DNA of 64,000 nucleotides, taken from assembly GCA_964455555.1 (NCBI GenBank), contig CAYVXV010000001.1, positions 31,499 through 95,498 of the forward strand, given 5' to 3'. A program made the translations under genes and the position numbers. The notes beneath the pieces were generated by a model, which was not told the DNA's origin, did not search any database, and saw nothing but the letters and a program-made list of their open reading frames with translations. This stretch comes from an uncultured Pseudomonadales bacterium. Its GTDB lineage: Bacteria > Patescibacteriota > Microgenomatia > UBA1400 > PJMF01. Shown here piece by piece: positions 49,063 through 56,484 of this stretch (position 1 is its first letter; each line of letters opens with the position of its first letter).

Positions 49063-50379
49063 ATGTCCAACCTCTTCGACCCCCATTTAACAAAAACTTA
49101 CCAGCAGGACAAGAAATTCCTCGAGCTTTCAAAAATTCCCATCGTCACCGTCTCTTCCAGTTATCAGGAAGACCTCAAGCGGATGCATGGCCTGCCCAAC
49201 AATGAAACTGACCGCGACGTGGTTTTTTCCCGCGCCCACTACTCGATGGCGCTGGGTGTAGCAACCTATGCCTGGAAGGAAAAAGTTGACCCCCAAAAAG
49301 CCTGGGTAGTCGACCCCACCAACTATGTTTCCAAAGATAAATGGTTTTCCATTCAATTAACAGAAATTATCGGTAAAACCATTGCCCGCAACTCTATACT
49401 GAAAACAGCCAAGGATTTTATAGACCGGTTTGCCCGAAAAAAGCTACCGATTTTGGACAGTATCACACCACCGCTGCTTTACCTGACTGAACATATTAAA
49501 AAACCTATCCTCTCTTTTCATATTGCTGCCGGAAATATCCTGGCTGGACAAGGAAAAACAGTTGTTCAGGTGGTGACTGATCCGCATGTCCGCGCTGAAT
49601 ATGTAACATATGCTGACAAAAAAAATATTAGTTTTTGTGTTTTTGATGAAGCCACCAAAGTGGATTTTCTGGAACAGGCGGCTAAACTGGATATCAAAGC
49701 CGATCCAGACCGGGTGATCGTGACCGGCCCGCCAATTGACCCAAGGATTATCGCTGCAAAAAATGAGAAAAACCCCTGGAGAAGCGGCATCCTGCGGCTT
49801 TGCATCACTACCGGAGGCCTAGGAACGAACAAGGAAGAAATTCTGAAGATGCTCAGGCAATTTCTACCTGAATTGCGCAAGCGCTCGCTGGAATACCAGC
49901 TGCTGGTCTACGCCGGCACCCAGCATGATATTGCCGATGAAGTTGAAAAACTGGCTCAGGAAAACAGGATTGCAATTGGCGGTCTTAATGATAAAAAAGC
50001 CAAGCTCAGGCTGATTTACCATCCTCAAATTGTTGATGCCAATGAAATGCTGATTAAGCATGGTTTCCCTTGGGCTCACGGTTTTATAACCAAACCATCA
50101 GGAGATATGGCTTATGACGCAGCCGCATCGGGCAGCTTCATCCTCACCATGGCAGAATGGGGTGAATGGGAGGAACGGATTCGGGTTATTTTTGAGCAGA
50201 AGAATATAGGCCGTACTGCCGACACCAACTCGATTATTTCTCAGCTGGAAGTCCTCCGCTCGGCTCAAAGAAAGTCGCAATCCTGGATTGAGCAAGCCAT
50301 GCACAATGCCCAAAAACTCGAGCCGCTCTATCTGAATGGGGCTAAAGGCATTTTAAATGCCGTTAAACAAGCCGGCTAA
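49063..50379 (+). CDS. Hypothetical protein, possible GT-B fold glycosyltransferase (MurG/MGDG-synthase-like)
   Basis: 438 aa. LRLCITTGGLGTNKEEI resembles the C-terminal-domain G-rich loop of GT28-type transferases (VTGGSxGA). Weak, overall-pattern call. Confidence 0.4.
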   Translation: MSNLFDPHLTKTYQQDKKFLELSKIPIVTVSSSYQEDLKRMHGLPNNETDRDVVFSRAHYSMALGVATYAWKEKVDPQKAWVVDPTNYVSKDKWFSIQLTEIIGKTIARNSILKTAKDFIDRFARKKLPILDSITPPLLYLTEHIKKPILSFHIAAGNILAGQGKTVVQVVTDPHVRAEYVTYADKKNISFCVFDEATKVDFLEQAAKLDIKADPDRVIVTGPPIDPRIIAAKNEKNPWRSGILRLCITTGGLGTNKEEILKMLRQFLPELRKRSLEYQLLVYAGTQHDIADEVEKLAQENRIAIGGLNDKKAKLRLIYHPQIVDANEMLIKHGFPWAHGFITKPSGDMAYDAAASGSFILTMAEWGEWEERIRVIFEQKNIGRTADTNSIISQLEVLRSAQRKSQSWIEQAMHNAQKLEPLYLNGAKGILNAVKQAG

Positions 50380-50395
50380 GCACAAAATTCAGCAG

Positions 50396-50427
50396 TAAAA
50401 ATCCCCCTTTTTCAGGGGGATTTCTGC
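50396..50427. terminator. Bidirectional rho-independent terminator between convergent genes (glycosyltransferase-like ORF and rpmG)
   Basis: AAAAATCCCCC-TTTTTCA-GGGGGATTTCT: 7-bp G/C stem flanked by an A-run and a T-run. Confidence 0.65.
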
Positions 50428-50448
50428 TTTGAATTTGCGAGACAGATA

Positions 50449-50652
50449 TTATTTCAGCTTTTTAGCCATTTTATGCTCTGAATGCTTGTGGCAAACATTA
50501 CAGTACTTGTTGAGCGGGAAAGTGCTCACGTTTTTGGTCTGCTTCATTAAGAGTTCATTGTTTTTGTTGTATTCAGTAACGTAATTAAATGAATTACAAA
50601 CAGAACATTGCAAACCAGCTATCTGTCTTGGTCCTTTTTTTGCTTTTGCCAT
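50449..50652 (-). CDS. rpmG: 50S ribosomal protein bL33
   Basis: ORF 50449..50679; probable start at the internal Met at 50652. MAKAKKGPRQIAGLQCSVCNSFNYVTEYNKNN...KYCNVCHKHSEHK has the two CxxC pairs and spacing of bL33. Confidence 0.8.
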   Translation of the reverse strand: MAKAKKGPRQIAGLQCSVCNSFNYVTEYNKNNELLMKQTKNVSTFPLNKYCNVCHKHSEHKMAKKLK

Positions 50653-50726
50653 ATATTCCTTTTTCTTTTTGTGTTTCAAAATCGCTTAATTTAAGAGATG
50701 TAGTATACCATACCAGGCAATTACTG

Positions 50727-50800
50727 AGCCATCTCGGGGATTCGAACCCCGGACCTACGGTTTACAAAACCGTCGCTCTAACCAACTGAGCTAAGATGGC
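50727..50800 (-). tRNA. tRNA-Thr (anticodon UGU)
   Basis: Minus-strand read: GCCAUCU-UA-GCUC-AGUUGGUUA-GAGC-G-ACGGU-UUUGUAA-ACCGU-AGGUC-CGGGG-UUCGAAU-CCCCG-AGAUGGC-u. Perfect acceptor and anticodon stems; loop UU-UGU-AA. Confidence 0.85.
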
Positions 50801-50968
50801 GTGCGTTTGACATTAGCTCATTGAGCACGGCTGGCGCCTTCTCCAGCCTCCTTGAGCTATCTACCCAGACTAATTATAACCTGAAAACTTCAATGACGGC
50901 AGCTCAAAGGGCTCAATTCACTAATATCTTATCGCTGCCTTAGTGAAAAATTTGCTCACTATTCTATG

Positions 50969-51051
50969 TGCCAGGTGTAGGATTCGAACCTACGAAGGCG
51001 TAAACCAGCAGATTTACAGTCTGCCCCCGTTGACCGCTTGGGTAACCTGGC
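50969..51051 (-). tRNA. tRNA-Tyr (anticodon GUA), long variable arm
   Basis: Minus-strand read: GCCAGGU...GCAGA-CUGUAAA-UCUGC-UGGUUUACGCCUUCG (long variable arm)-GUAGG-UUCGAAU-CCUAC-ACCUGGC-a. Anticodon loop CU-GUA-AA. 83 nt, consistent with bacterial type II tRNA-Tyr. Confidence 0.85.
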
Positions 51052-51111
51052 GAGTCTGCCCCAAGCAAGCTTGAGGCATGGCACAGTATAACAAATTTTC
51101 CTGAATTTGCC

Positions 51112-51186
51112 TGGAGCCCAGAGAGGGAATTGAACCCTCGACCTCTTTCTTACCAAGAAAGCGTTCCACCACTGAACTATCTGGGC
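51112..51186 (-). tRNA. tRNA-Thr (anticodon GGU), 3-prime CCA encoded
   Basis: Minus-strand read: GCCCAGA-UA-GUUC-AGUGGUG-GAAC-G-CUUUC-UUGGUAA-GAAAG-AGGUC-GAGGG-UUCAAUU-CCCUC-UCUGGGC-U-CCA. Perfect acceptor; anticodon loop UU-GGU-AA. Confidence 0.85.
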
Positions 51187-51372
51187 GCTCAATTTTAAAG
51201 GACTTGGCCTTAGTTAATTATTCTTTGAAAAAAAGAATGCCCTCCTAAAAGCCATCAGTTCGCATGCGAGGATTTTATCATTTTGCACCCCTGAAATGCA
51301 AAGACAAATAAGGAATTTCCTTGGGAAAAAGGTGTTTAAGTTTGCCAAAGCCCATTTTTTGCGTAATTTAAC

Positions 51373-51510
51373 CGCCCGGTGTGAGAGACACTCATGTTCC
51401 CGCGATATTGCAGGTGGGTAGGAAGCATCCAGCACCACGGTGCTGAGTGACAGTCCATAGCCCTTTCGTAAAGTGTTCAGGAAAATTACCTGTGCCCCTC
51501 ACATCCGGCG
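51373..51510. ncRNA. Candidate structured RNA element in a 410-nt non-coding gap (long-range terminal helix); identity unknown
   Basis: CCGCCCGGTGTGAG (51373-51386) is complementary to CTCACATCCGGCGG (51497-51510) at 12 of 14 positions. An internal hairpin AGCAC-CACG-GTGCT also forms. No protein-coding signal. Strand undetermined. Confidence 0.2.
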
Positions 51511-51595
51511 GTCAAATTAAAGAGCTTTTTAGCCTCTAAATTATAGCATTTTGAGCCACTGTGTTTGTAAGAGTTCTGTTACACGATGGCTGTAG

Positions 51596-52489
51596 TTAGC
51601 CTTGAGAGGCCGTCATTTTCTCGACCCACTCCGCTATTTTGCTGCCATAATCCTCATACTCCAATGCGAATTTTAAATGAGCCTTAAAATAGTTTTCCGG
51701 ATCGCCGGTGGTCATCCAATGGCCTTCGCTTTTGCCAACCATAACTTTACTTTTCTTGGCGATCTGAGTAATGGCGTCAACGGTCCAAAGCTCACCGTCT
51801 TTGCCGGTATTGGTTGGGTTCAAATACTCAAAAACCTCTGGTGTAAGCAGGTAGCGGCCATATGAAGCGAGCCTGGAAGGCTCAGTCCCTTTATCTGGTT
51901 TCTCTACAATATTATCCAAGTACTGATCTGAACCAGATTGGAAACTAATAATTCCATACTTGTCCACTACTTCTGCGCTGACTTCCTGAGACATAATAAT
52001 GCCGGAAACATCGGGGTTTTGCTCATAAAGGTCCACCATTATTTTGGCATCGCCGGGATTGCCAAAAACCACGTCATCACTATAGAGGACCAGAAAGGCT
52101 TTCTCCTTATCTATAAATTTTTCTGCCGAAGCTACCGGTGACCCATTGCCGTAAGGCAAACTAGGGTCTTGGGTAATGACGACTATTTTTGGAAAGTCTA
52201 AGACATGCTGAACCGGTTCATAGCGATCCGATTTGCCTTGTGCCTGGAGCTGCTTGCGGATCCGGTTGACGTTGTTGTTGAAATAATCTTCGTAGATTGG
52301 CTTGCCCTCAGGTGTGGCAACGATAATGATTTCTTCAATGCCGGCTTCCGCACACTCCTCGACTATAAATTGCATAATCGGCCGGTTGCCGAATGGCAGC
52401 ATAGCTTTGGGCACAGTCTTGGTAATAGGCAGGTAGCGGCTGGCAAAACCAGCGTCAGTGACTATTGCTTTGCGGACTAACTTTTCCAT
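51596..52489 (-). CDS. galU: UTP--glucose-1-phosphate uridylyltransferase, second paralog
   Basis: 297 aa. KAIVTDAGFASRYLPITKTVPKAMLPFGNRPIMQFIVEECAEAGIEEIIIV is near-identical in motif layout to the GalU at 40138..41055 (also shares ...ECAEAGIEE...). Confidence 0.75.
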   Translation of the reverse strand: MEKLVRKAIVTDAGFASRYLPITKTVPKAMLPFGNRPIMQFIVEECAEAGIEEIIIVATPEGKPIYEDYFNNNVNRIRKQLQAQGKSDRYEPVQHVLDFPKIVVITQDPSLPYGNGSPVASAEKFIDKEKAFLVLYSDDVVFGNPGDAKIMVDLYEQNPDVSGIIMSQEVSAEVVDKYGIISFQSGSDQYLDNIVEKPDKGTEPSRLASYGRYLLTPEVFEYLNPTNTGKDGELWTVDAITQIAKKSKVMVGKSEGHWMTTGDPENYFKAHLKFALEYEDYGSKIAEWVEKMTASQG

Positions 52490-52599
52490 GGCATCTCCTC
52501 GATCTACGCCTTATGCTGCTTCATACAATTTCATACATAATACCGTAATTCTTTCTCTGTCTACAATCAGCAAAAAAAATCATGTACTATTGTATATAG

Positions 52600-54189
52600 A
52601 TGAAACCTGCTCTAAAGCGTGTAGTTTTTAGCGTCCCCAATTTACTGCCTTTTGCCGGCCTATTACTAGTCATTTCCGGAGTGATTGGTATCTTTTACAC
52701 TCAGGAAGCCCTTCAGGAATCTCAAGAAATCCGGTCAAGCGCTTCCGGCGAAAGCGGCCAGGTTTTAATTGCTCCCCTCACCTCTCCAAGCACGACTATC
52801 AAAGGCTTAGTCCAAGAGCAGGTGATTTCTTTAGGAATTAACACTCAAAATCTGCCGCTTAAAGAATTTTCGGTGGTATTTAATGCCATTACTGATGTTG
52901 CAGACACGCTTGAGTTAGTGCCAAGCAACCTAGTTGGTTTTGAAGTTACCGCAGAAACACAAAAAACAGCCGACGGCTTCCTGGCTACCGCCGTTTTTAC
53001 CAGGACCAGCCAGAATTTCCTATCCAACTACAACCAAAAATTTTTGGAAATTCATTTTGAACCTGCTAAAGCCGGAACAATCGAACTTAATTTTGACCGC
53101 GAGCTTTCCGTAGCGCTTCACGCTGACAACAGCTCTGATATTCTTAAACACATTGCCGATGCTACTTTTACCATCGCCGCCAGTGAAGCTGACCCCACTT
53201 ACAAAGCCTGCAACGAAACCTGCAGCTCCAACGCCGAATGCCAATCTGGTTTCCGCTGCTTTAATACCGGCAGTGAATCGCGCTGCCGCCTGGTAACCAA
53301 CCCATCGAGCTCCACCTGCAGCTCAGAAAGCACTTTAAAATCCTGCAATCAAAGCTGCGGCGGCAGCGCTGAATGCCAAAGTGGCCTGAGCTGCATTAAC
53401 AGCATCTGCAGAAACCCGAATAATCCCGAAAGCTCCAGCTGCAGCAACCCAACTCAACAAGCAGAAACTCAAGCAGCCAGCTGCAATGAAGCCTGCACCA
53501 CCAATGCTGACTGCGCGGTAAATTTCCGCTGCTACTACAATCAATGCCGGCTGGCTACCAATCCTTCAAGTACCAGCTGCAGTGCAGATACGACTTCCAC
53601 TGTGTCTTCGCTCTACCAAAAGGAACCAGTAGAAACCGCTACACCATCTGCCCTGCCAACCTCACCGGCTCCTGAAACCAGCACAGAAAATGAAGAAACC
53701 CCAGAAGAATTTCAGCCAGAGGAGTCAGAACCAGTGACCCAACCCCAGGAACAACCTTTGGATCCGGATGAAACTTCACTTCAAGCCCTGCTGAGCGTCC
53801 TCGGCAGCTCAACTTTCCGCCTGCCCAGCACAGTCTTGGTTGCTGGAGCCATCTTGCTGCTTGTCGGCGGAGCAGTCTTTGTTGCCGCCTCCTCCAGAAA
53901 GAAACCGACCACTGTAGCTATGACAAAAACCGGCGTACCGCCTGCTCCACCTCCCAGAGAAACACCGCCTCCTTATGGGGCACCTCCTCAACCTCCGTCG
54001 CCGCAAACAGCACCTCCGCTAGCACCACCTTCGCAGTCAGCGCCTCCACAAGCAGCACCGCCGCAACCCGTACCTCCGCCTAACCAATCAGTTCCAATGG
54101 CTGAACGGTCATCTTCGATGGTTGAACGGCTCAAACAAAAAGGGATTACGCCGCCAAGCACAGGCAATCAGCAGCCAAAAGACCAATAG
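52600..54189 (+). CDS. Membrane-anchored protein with three tandem Cys-rich modules, Ser/Thr/Pro linker, C-terminal TM helix and Pro-rich tail (contains PPPY)
   Basis: 529 aa. N-terminal signal/anchor (VVFSVPNLLPFAGLLLVISGVIGIF). Three ~40-aa repeats, each C-x3-C-x5-C-x5-C-x4-6-C-x9-11-C (CNETCSSNAECQSGFRCFNTGSESRC... / CNQSCGGSAECQSGLSCINSICRN... / CNEACTTNADCAVNFRCYYNQCRL...). TM LPSTVLVAGAILLLVGGAVFVAASS followed by RKK. Tail PPAPPPRETPPPYGAPPQPPSPQTAPPLAPP... Confidence 0.6.
   Translation: MKPALKRVVFSVPNLLPFAGLLLVISGVIGIFYTQEALQESQEIRSSASGESGQVLIAPLTSPSTTIKGLVQEQVISLGINTQNLPLKEFSVVFNAITDVADTLELVPSNLVGFEVTAETQKTADGFLATAVFTRTSQNFLSNYNQKFLEIHFEPAKAGTIELNFDRELSVALHADNSSDILKHIADATFTIAASEADPTYKACNETCSSNAECQSGFRCFNTGSESRCRLVTNPSSSTCSSESTLKSCNQSCGGSAECQSGLSCINSICRNPNNPESSSCSNPTQQAETQAASCNEACTTNADCAVNFRCYYNQCRLATNPSSTSCSADTTSTVSSLYQKEPVETATPSALPTSPAPETSTENEETPEEFQPEESEPVTQPQEQPLDPDETSLQALLSVLGSSTFRLPSTVLVAGAILLLVGGAVFVAASSRKKPTTVAMTKTGVPPAPPPRETPPPYGAPPQPPSPQTAPPLAPPSQSAPPQAAPPQPVPPPNQSVPMAERSSSMVERLKQKGITPPSTGNQQPKDQ
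53206..53570 (+). repeat. Intragenic tandem repeat: three ~120-nt units encoding Cys-rich modules
   Basis: Recurring tgcagctc / gaatgccaa / agctgc words in DNA. The protein-level 6-Cys spacing is conserved across three consecutive units. Confidence 0.5.
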
Positions 54190-54271
54190 GTCCTAAAAAT
54201 ATTAAAATACCGTTCAGAGGAGCACTAGAGGAACAGCTATTCCCTATTCTATTTGCTTTTGCTACAATACC

Positions 54272-54457
54272 ATGTCTATGGTTAGCCCAACTTCTTACTT
54301 ACAACAGGTTGCTCGTGAACTTAAAAAAGTTACCTGGCCCAGCAGAGCCCAAACCACTGAAATGACTATTTTGGTAATAATAGTAAGTTTGATAGTTGGA
54401 GCATACCTCGGTATACTTGACTACATTTTTCAAACACTAATGGCAGTCATTCTATAA
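54272..54457 (+). CDS. secE: Preprotein translocase subunit SecE
   Basis: 61 aa. VARELKKVTWPSRAQTTEMTILVIIVSLIVGAYLGILD is the single-TM SecE core. Immediately upstream of nusG. Confidence 0.8.
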   Translation: MSMVSPTSYLQQVARELKKVTWPSRAQTTEMTILVIIVSLIVGAYLGILDYIFQTLMAVIL

Positions 54458-54478
54458 AATAAGGATTAGTTTTAGCAT

Positions 54479-55117
54479 ATGGCAGACTCAAACGACCAAA
54501 ACCAACTCGACGGCGAAGCACTGACCCCTCCTGAAGTTCAGGAAGTTAAGGTTGATTCACCAAACATTATTGCAATTTCCGATAGCGAAAACAAAAAAGC
54601 CCGCTGGTATGTGGTACACACTTACTCCGGCCATGAAAATAAAGTAGCGGAAACTTTAAAGCAGCGCGCTGAAACACTGAATTTAACCGACAAAATTCTT
54701 AAGGTGCTCATTCCCACCCAAGAAAAAATCCAGATCAAGCGCGGCCAACGCAAAACCGTTAACGAAAAGATTTTCCCGGGATACATGCTGGTTCAGATGG
54801 AGCTGACTGATGATTCCTGGCTGGCCGTGAGGACAACCCAGGGCGTTACGGGCTTCGTCGGGGTCGGCAACAAGCCCACTCCCCTGCCTAAACATGAGGT
54901 CGAAGCCATCAAAAAATACATGAGCCAAGCTGCGCCTTCGTACAAAGCAGACTATGTTGAAGGTGAAGCTGTCAGAATTGTTGACGGCCCATTCAACGAC
55001 TTCCTTGGTACGGTTAATTCAATTGATGAAGAAAAAGGCCAAGTAGAAGTGTTGGTCAACATCTTTGGCCGCGAAACTCCGGTGACACTAGACTTCCTTC
55101 AAGTGAAAAAAGTTTAG
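54479..55117 (+). CDS. nusG: Transcription termination/antitermination factor NusG
   Basis: 212 aa. NGN domain (KARWYVVHTYSGHENKV), KOW motif (GEAVRIVDGPFNDFLGTV). secE-nusG-rplK-rplA order. Confidence 0.9.
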   Translation: MADSNDQNQLDGEALTPPEVQEVKVDSPNIIAISDSENKKARWYVVHTYSGHENKVAETLKQRAETLNLTDKILKVLIPTQEKIQIKRGQRKTVNEKIFPGYMLVQMELTDDSWLAVRTTQGVTGFVGVGNKPTPLPKHEVEAIKKYMSQAAPSYKADYVEGEAVRIVDGPFNDFLGTVNSIDEEKGQVEVLVNIFGRETPVTLDFLQVKKV

Positions 55118-55192
55118 CATATGATATAATTTCGCTTTTGCAGAGGCAAAAAATAAGACAGCGAAACACAAGCAGCAAACACAGAAAGCAAT

Positions 55193-55615
55193 ATGGCAAA
55201 AAAAGTACTTCAAGTTTTAAAACTAAATTTACCGGCAGGCTCTGCCACCCCAGCGCCTCCAGTCGGCCCTATTCTTGGCCAAGCCGGAATCAACATGATG
55301 GACTTCATCAAGCAGTACAATGACCGGACCGCCGATCAGCGCGGCCAAGTCATCCCTGCTGAAATTACCGTTTATCAGGACAGGTCTTTTACTTTCGAAC
55401 TTAAGCTGCCTCCAGTTTCTGCCATGATTATGCAAACCCTTAAGCTCAAATCCGGCAGTCAAAAAACCGGCCGCGAGACTGTGGGCACCCTAACCATGGA
55501 TCAAGCCAGGGAAATTGCAGAAAAGAAACTGCCTGACCTAAACACAGAAGACGTTGAGAAAGCTTTAAACACCGTTATCGGCACAGCCGAGAGCATGGGT
55601 GTAAAAGTTGAATAA
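55193..55615 (+). CDS. rplK: 50S ribosomal protein uL11
   Basis: 140 aa. PAGSATPAPPVGPILGQAGINMMDFIKQYN... is the uL11 N-domain signature. Confidence 0.9.
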   Translation: MAKKVLQVLKLNLPAGSATPAPPVGPILGQAGINMMDFIKQYNDRTADQRGQVIPAEITVYQDRSFTFELKLPPVSAMIMQTLKLKSGSQKTGRETVGTLTMDQAREIAEKKLPDLNTEDVEKALNTVIGTAESMGVKVE

Positions 55616-55641
55616 TAAAAAGTAGTATCGTTTTTACTTAC

Positions 55642-55674
55642 CTTGGTGCGGACCCAATAAATCCGCCTAACCAA
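55642..55674 (+). promoter_or_regulatory. Two-tiered hairpin in the rplK-rplA intergenic leader (possible L1 autoregulatory site)
   Basis: CTTGGT-GCGGA-CCCAATAAA-TCCGC-CTA-ACCAAG: 6-bp plus 5-bp nested stems just upstream of the rplA SD (AAGGAG). Confidence 0.3.
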
Positions 55675-55690
55675 GATTAAGGAGATCAAA

Positions 55691-56410
55691 ATGGGATCAA
55701 AGAAAAACGTGGACATGTCGTCCACCACAGACACTGTAAAAATTGTGGAAGCAGAAGCAACTGCTCCCGAACAGCAGGAAGAGGCTAAAAAGCCAGCTGC
55801 CCCTAAAGTAAGCCGCAGCCAAAAATACCGCTCCGTCCGTTCCAAAATCGACAAAACCAAGGAATATTCTGCTAAAGAAGCAGTTGAGCTGGTCAAAAAG
55901 CTGTCATATTCCAACTTTACCGGCACAATTACTGCTGATGCTGTTGTAAAAGAAACCGGCATTGTCGGCTCACTCAGCCTCCCCCACTCAACCGGCAAAC
56001 AACTTAAAGTTGTGATTGTAGATGACAAAGTCCTTGGACAGCTGGAAGCTGGAAATATTGATTTTGACGCATTGGTCAGTTCACCGGAGTTCATGCCTAA
56101 ATTGGCAAAATACGCCAGAACCTTAGGCCCCAAAGGCTTAATGCCTAACCCCAAAATCGGCACCCTGACCCCCAACCCGGAAGCGAAGAAAAAAGAGCTT
56201 GAAAGTGGAAAAATTTCCCTGAGAACAGACAAAAAACAACCGCTTCTCCATGTTTCTATCGGCAAAACCGATCAAGAAACCGCTGAACTGGTGGAAAACC
56301 TGGAAGCGCTAATCCGTGAGCTGGGTACAAAACTGCAAAAACTTGCAATTTCAGCAACTATGAGTCCAGGCATCAGAGTCGACATCTCCGGCTACAAGAA
56401 AAAAGCCTAA
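55691..56410 (+). CDS. rplA: 50S ribosomal protein uL1
   Basis: 239 aa. ...YSAKEAVELVKKL...FTGTITADAVVKE...GKQLKVVIV...MPNPKIGT... matches uL1 blocks. Follows rplK. Confidence 0.85.
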   Translation: MGSKKNVDMSSTTDTVKIVEAEATAPEQQEEAKKPAAPKVSRSQKYRSVRSKIDKTKEYSAKEAVELVKKLSYSNFTGTITADAVVKETGIVGSLSLPHSTGKQLKVVIVDDKVLGQLEAGNIDFDALVSSPEFMPKLAKYARTLGPKGLMPNPKIGTLTPNPEAKKKELESGKISLRTDKKQPLLHVSIGKTDQETAELVENLEALIRELGTKLQKLAISATMSPGIRVDISGYKKKA

Positions 56411-56430
56411 GCAAACTTCATGAGAGAACT

Positions 56431-56458
56431 AAAACCCCGTAGAAATGCGGGGTTTTTA
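56431..56458. terminator. Bidirectional terminator between rplA (+) and thrS (-)
   Basis: AAAACCCCG-TAGAAAT-GCGGGGTTTTT. Confidence 0.65.
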
Positions 56459-56484
56459 ATTAAACTACAGCTGAAAATTTTCCT

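Noticed and set aside
51373-51510. Possible SRP (4.5S) RNA or minimal RNase P RNA
   Set aside because: The GGAAGCA-containing stretch does not form the SRP domain IV helix or tetraloop when folded. The element (~140 nt) is far too short for RNase P, and the P4-like pairing is generic GC-rich complementarity. I kept it only as an unassigned candidate structure at low confidence.
53206-53570. Regularly recurring sequence words that could suggest a CRISPR-like array
   Set aside because: The periodicity is ~120 nt and lies inside a continuous ORF encoding conserved Cys-spaced modules. There are no short, identical repeats separated by unique spacers. It is a coding tandem repeat, not CRISPR.
53994-54189. 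PPxY motif as evidence of a eukaryote-interacting effector
   Set aside because: A single PPPY inside a generally Pro-rich tail can arise by chance. Noted in the finding but not used to assign function.
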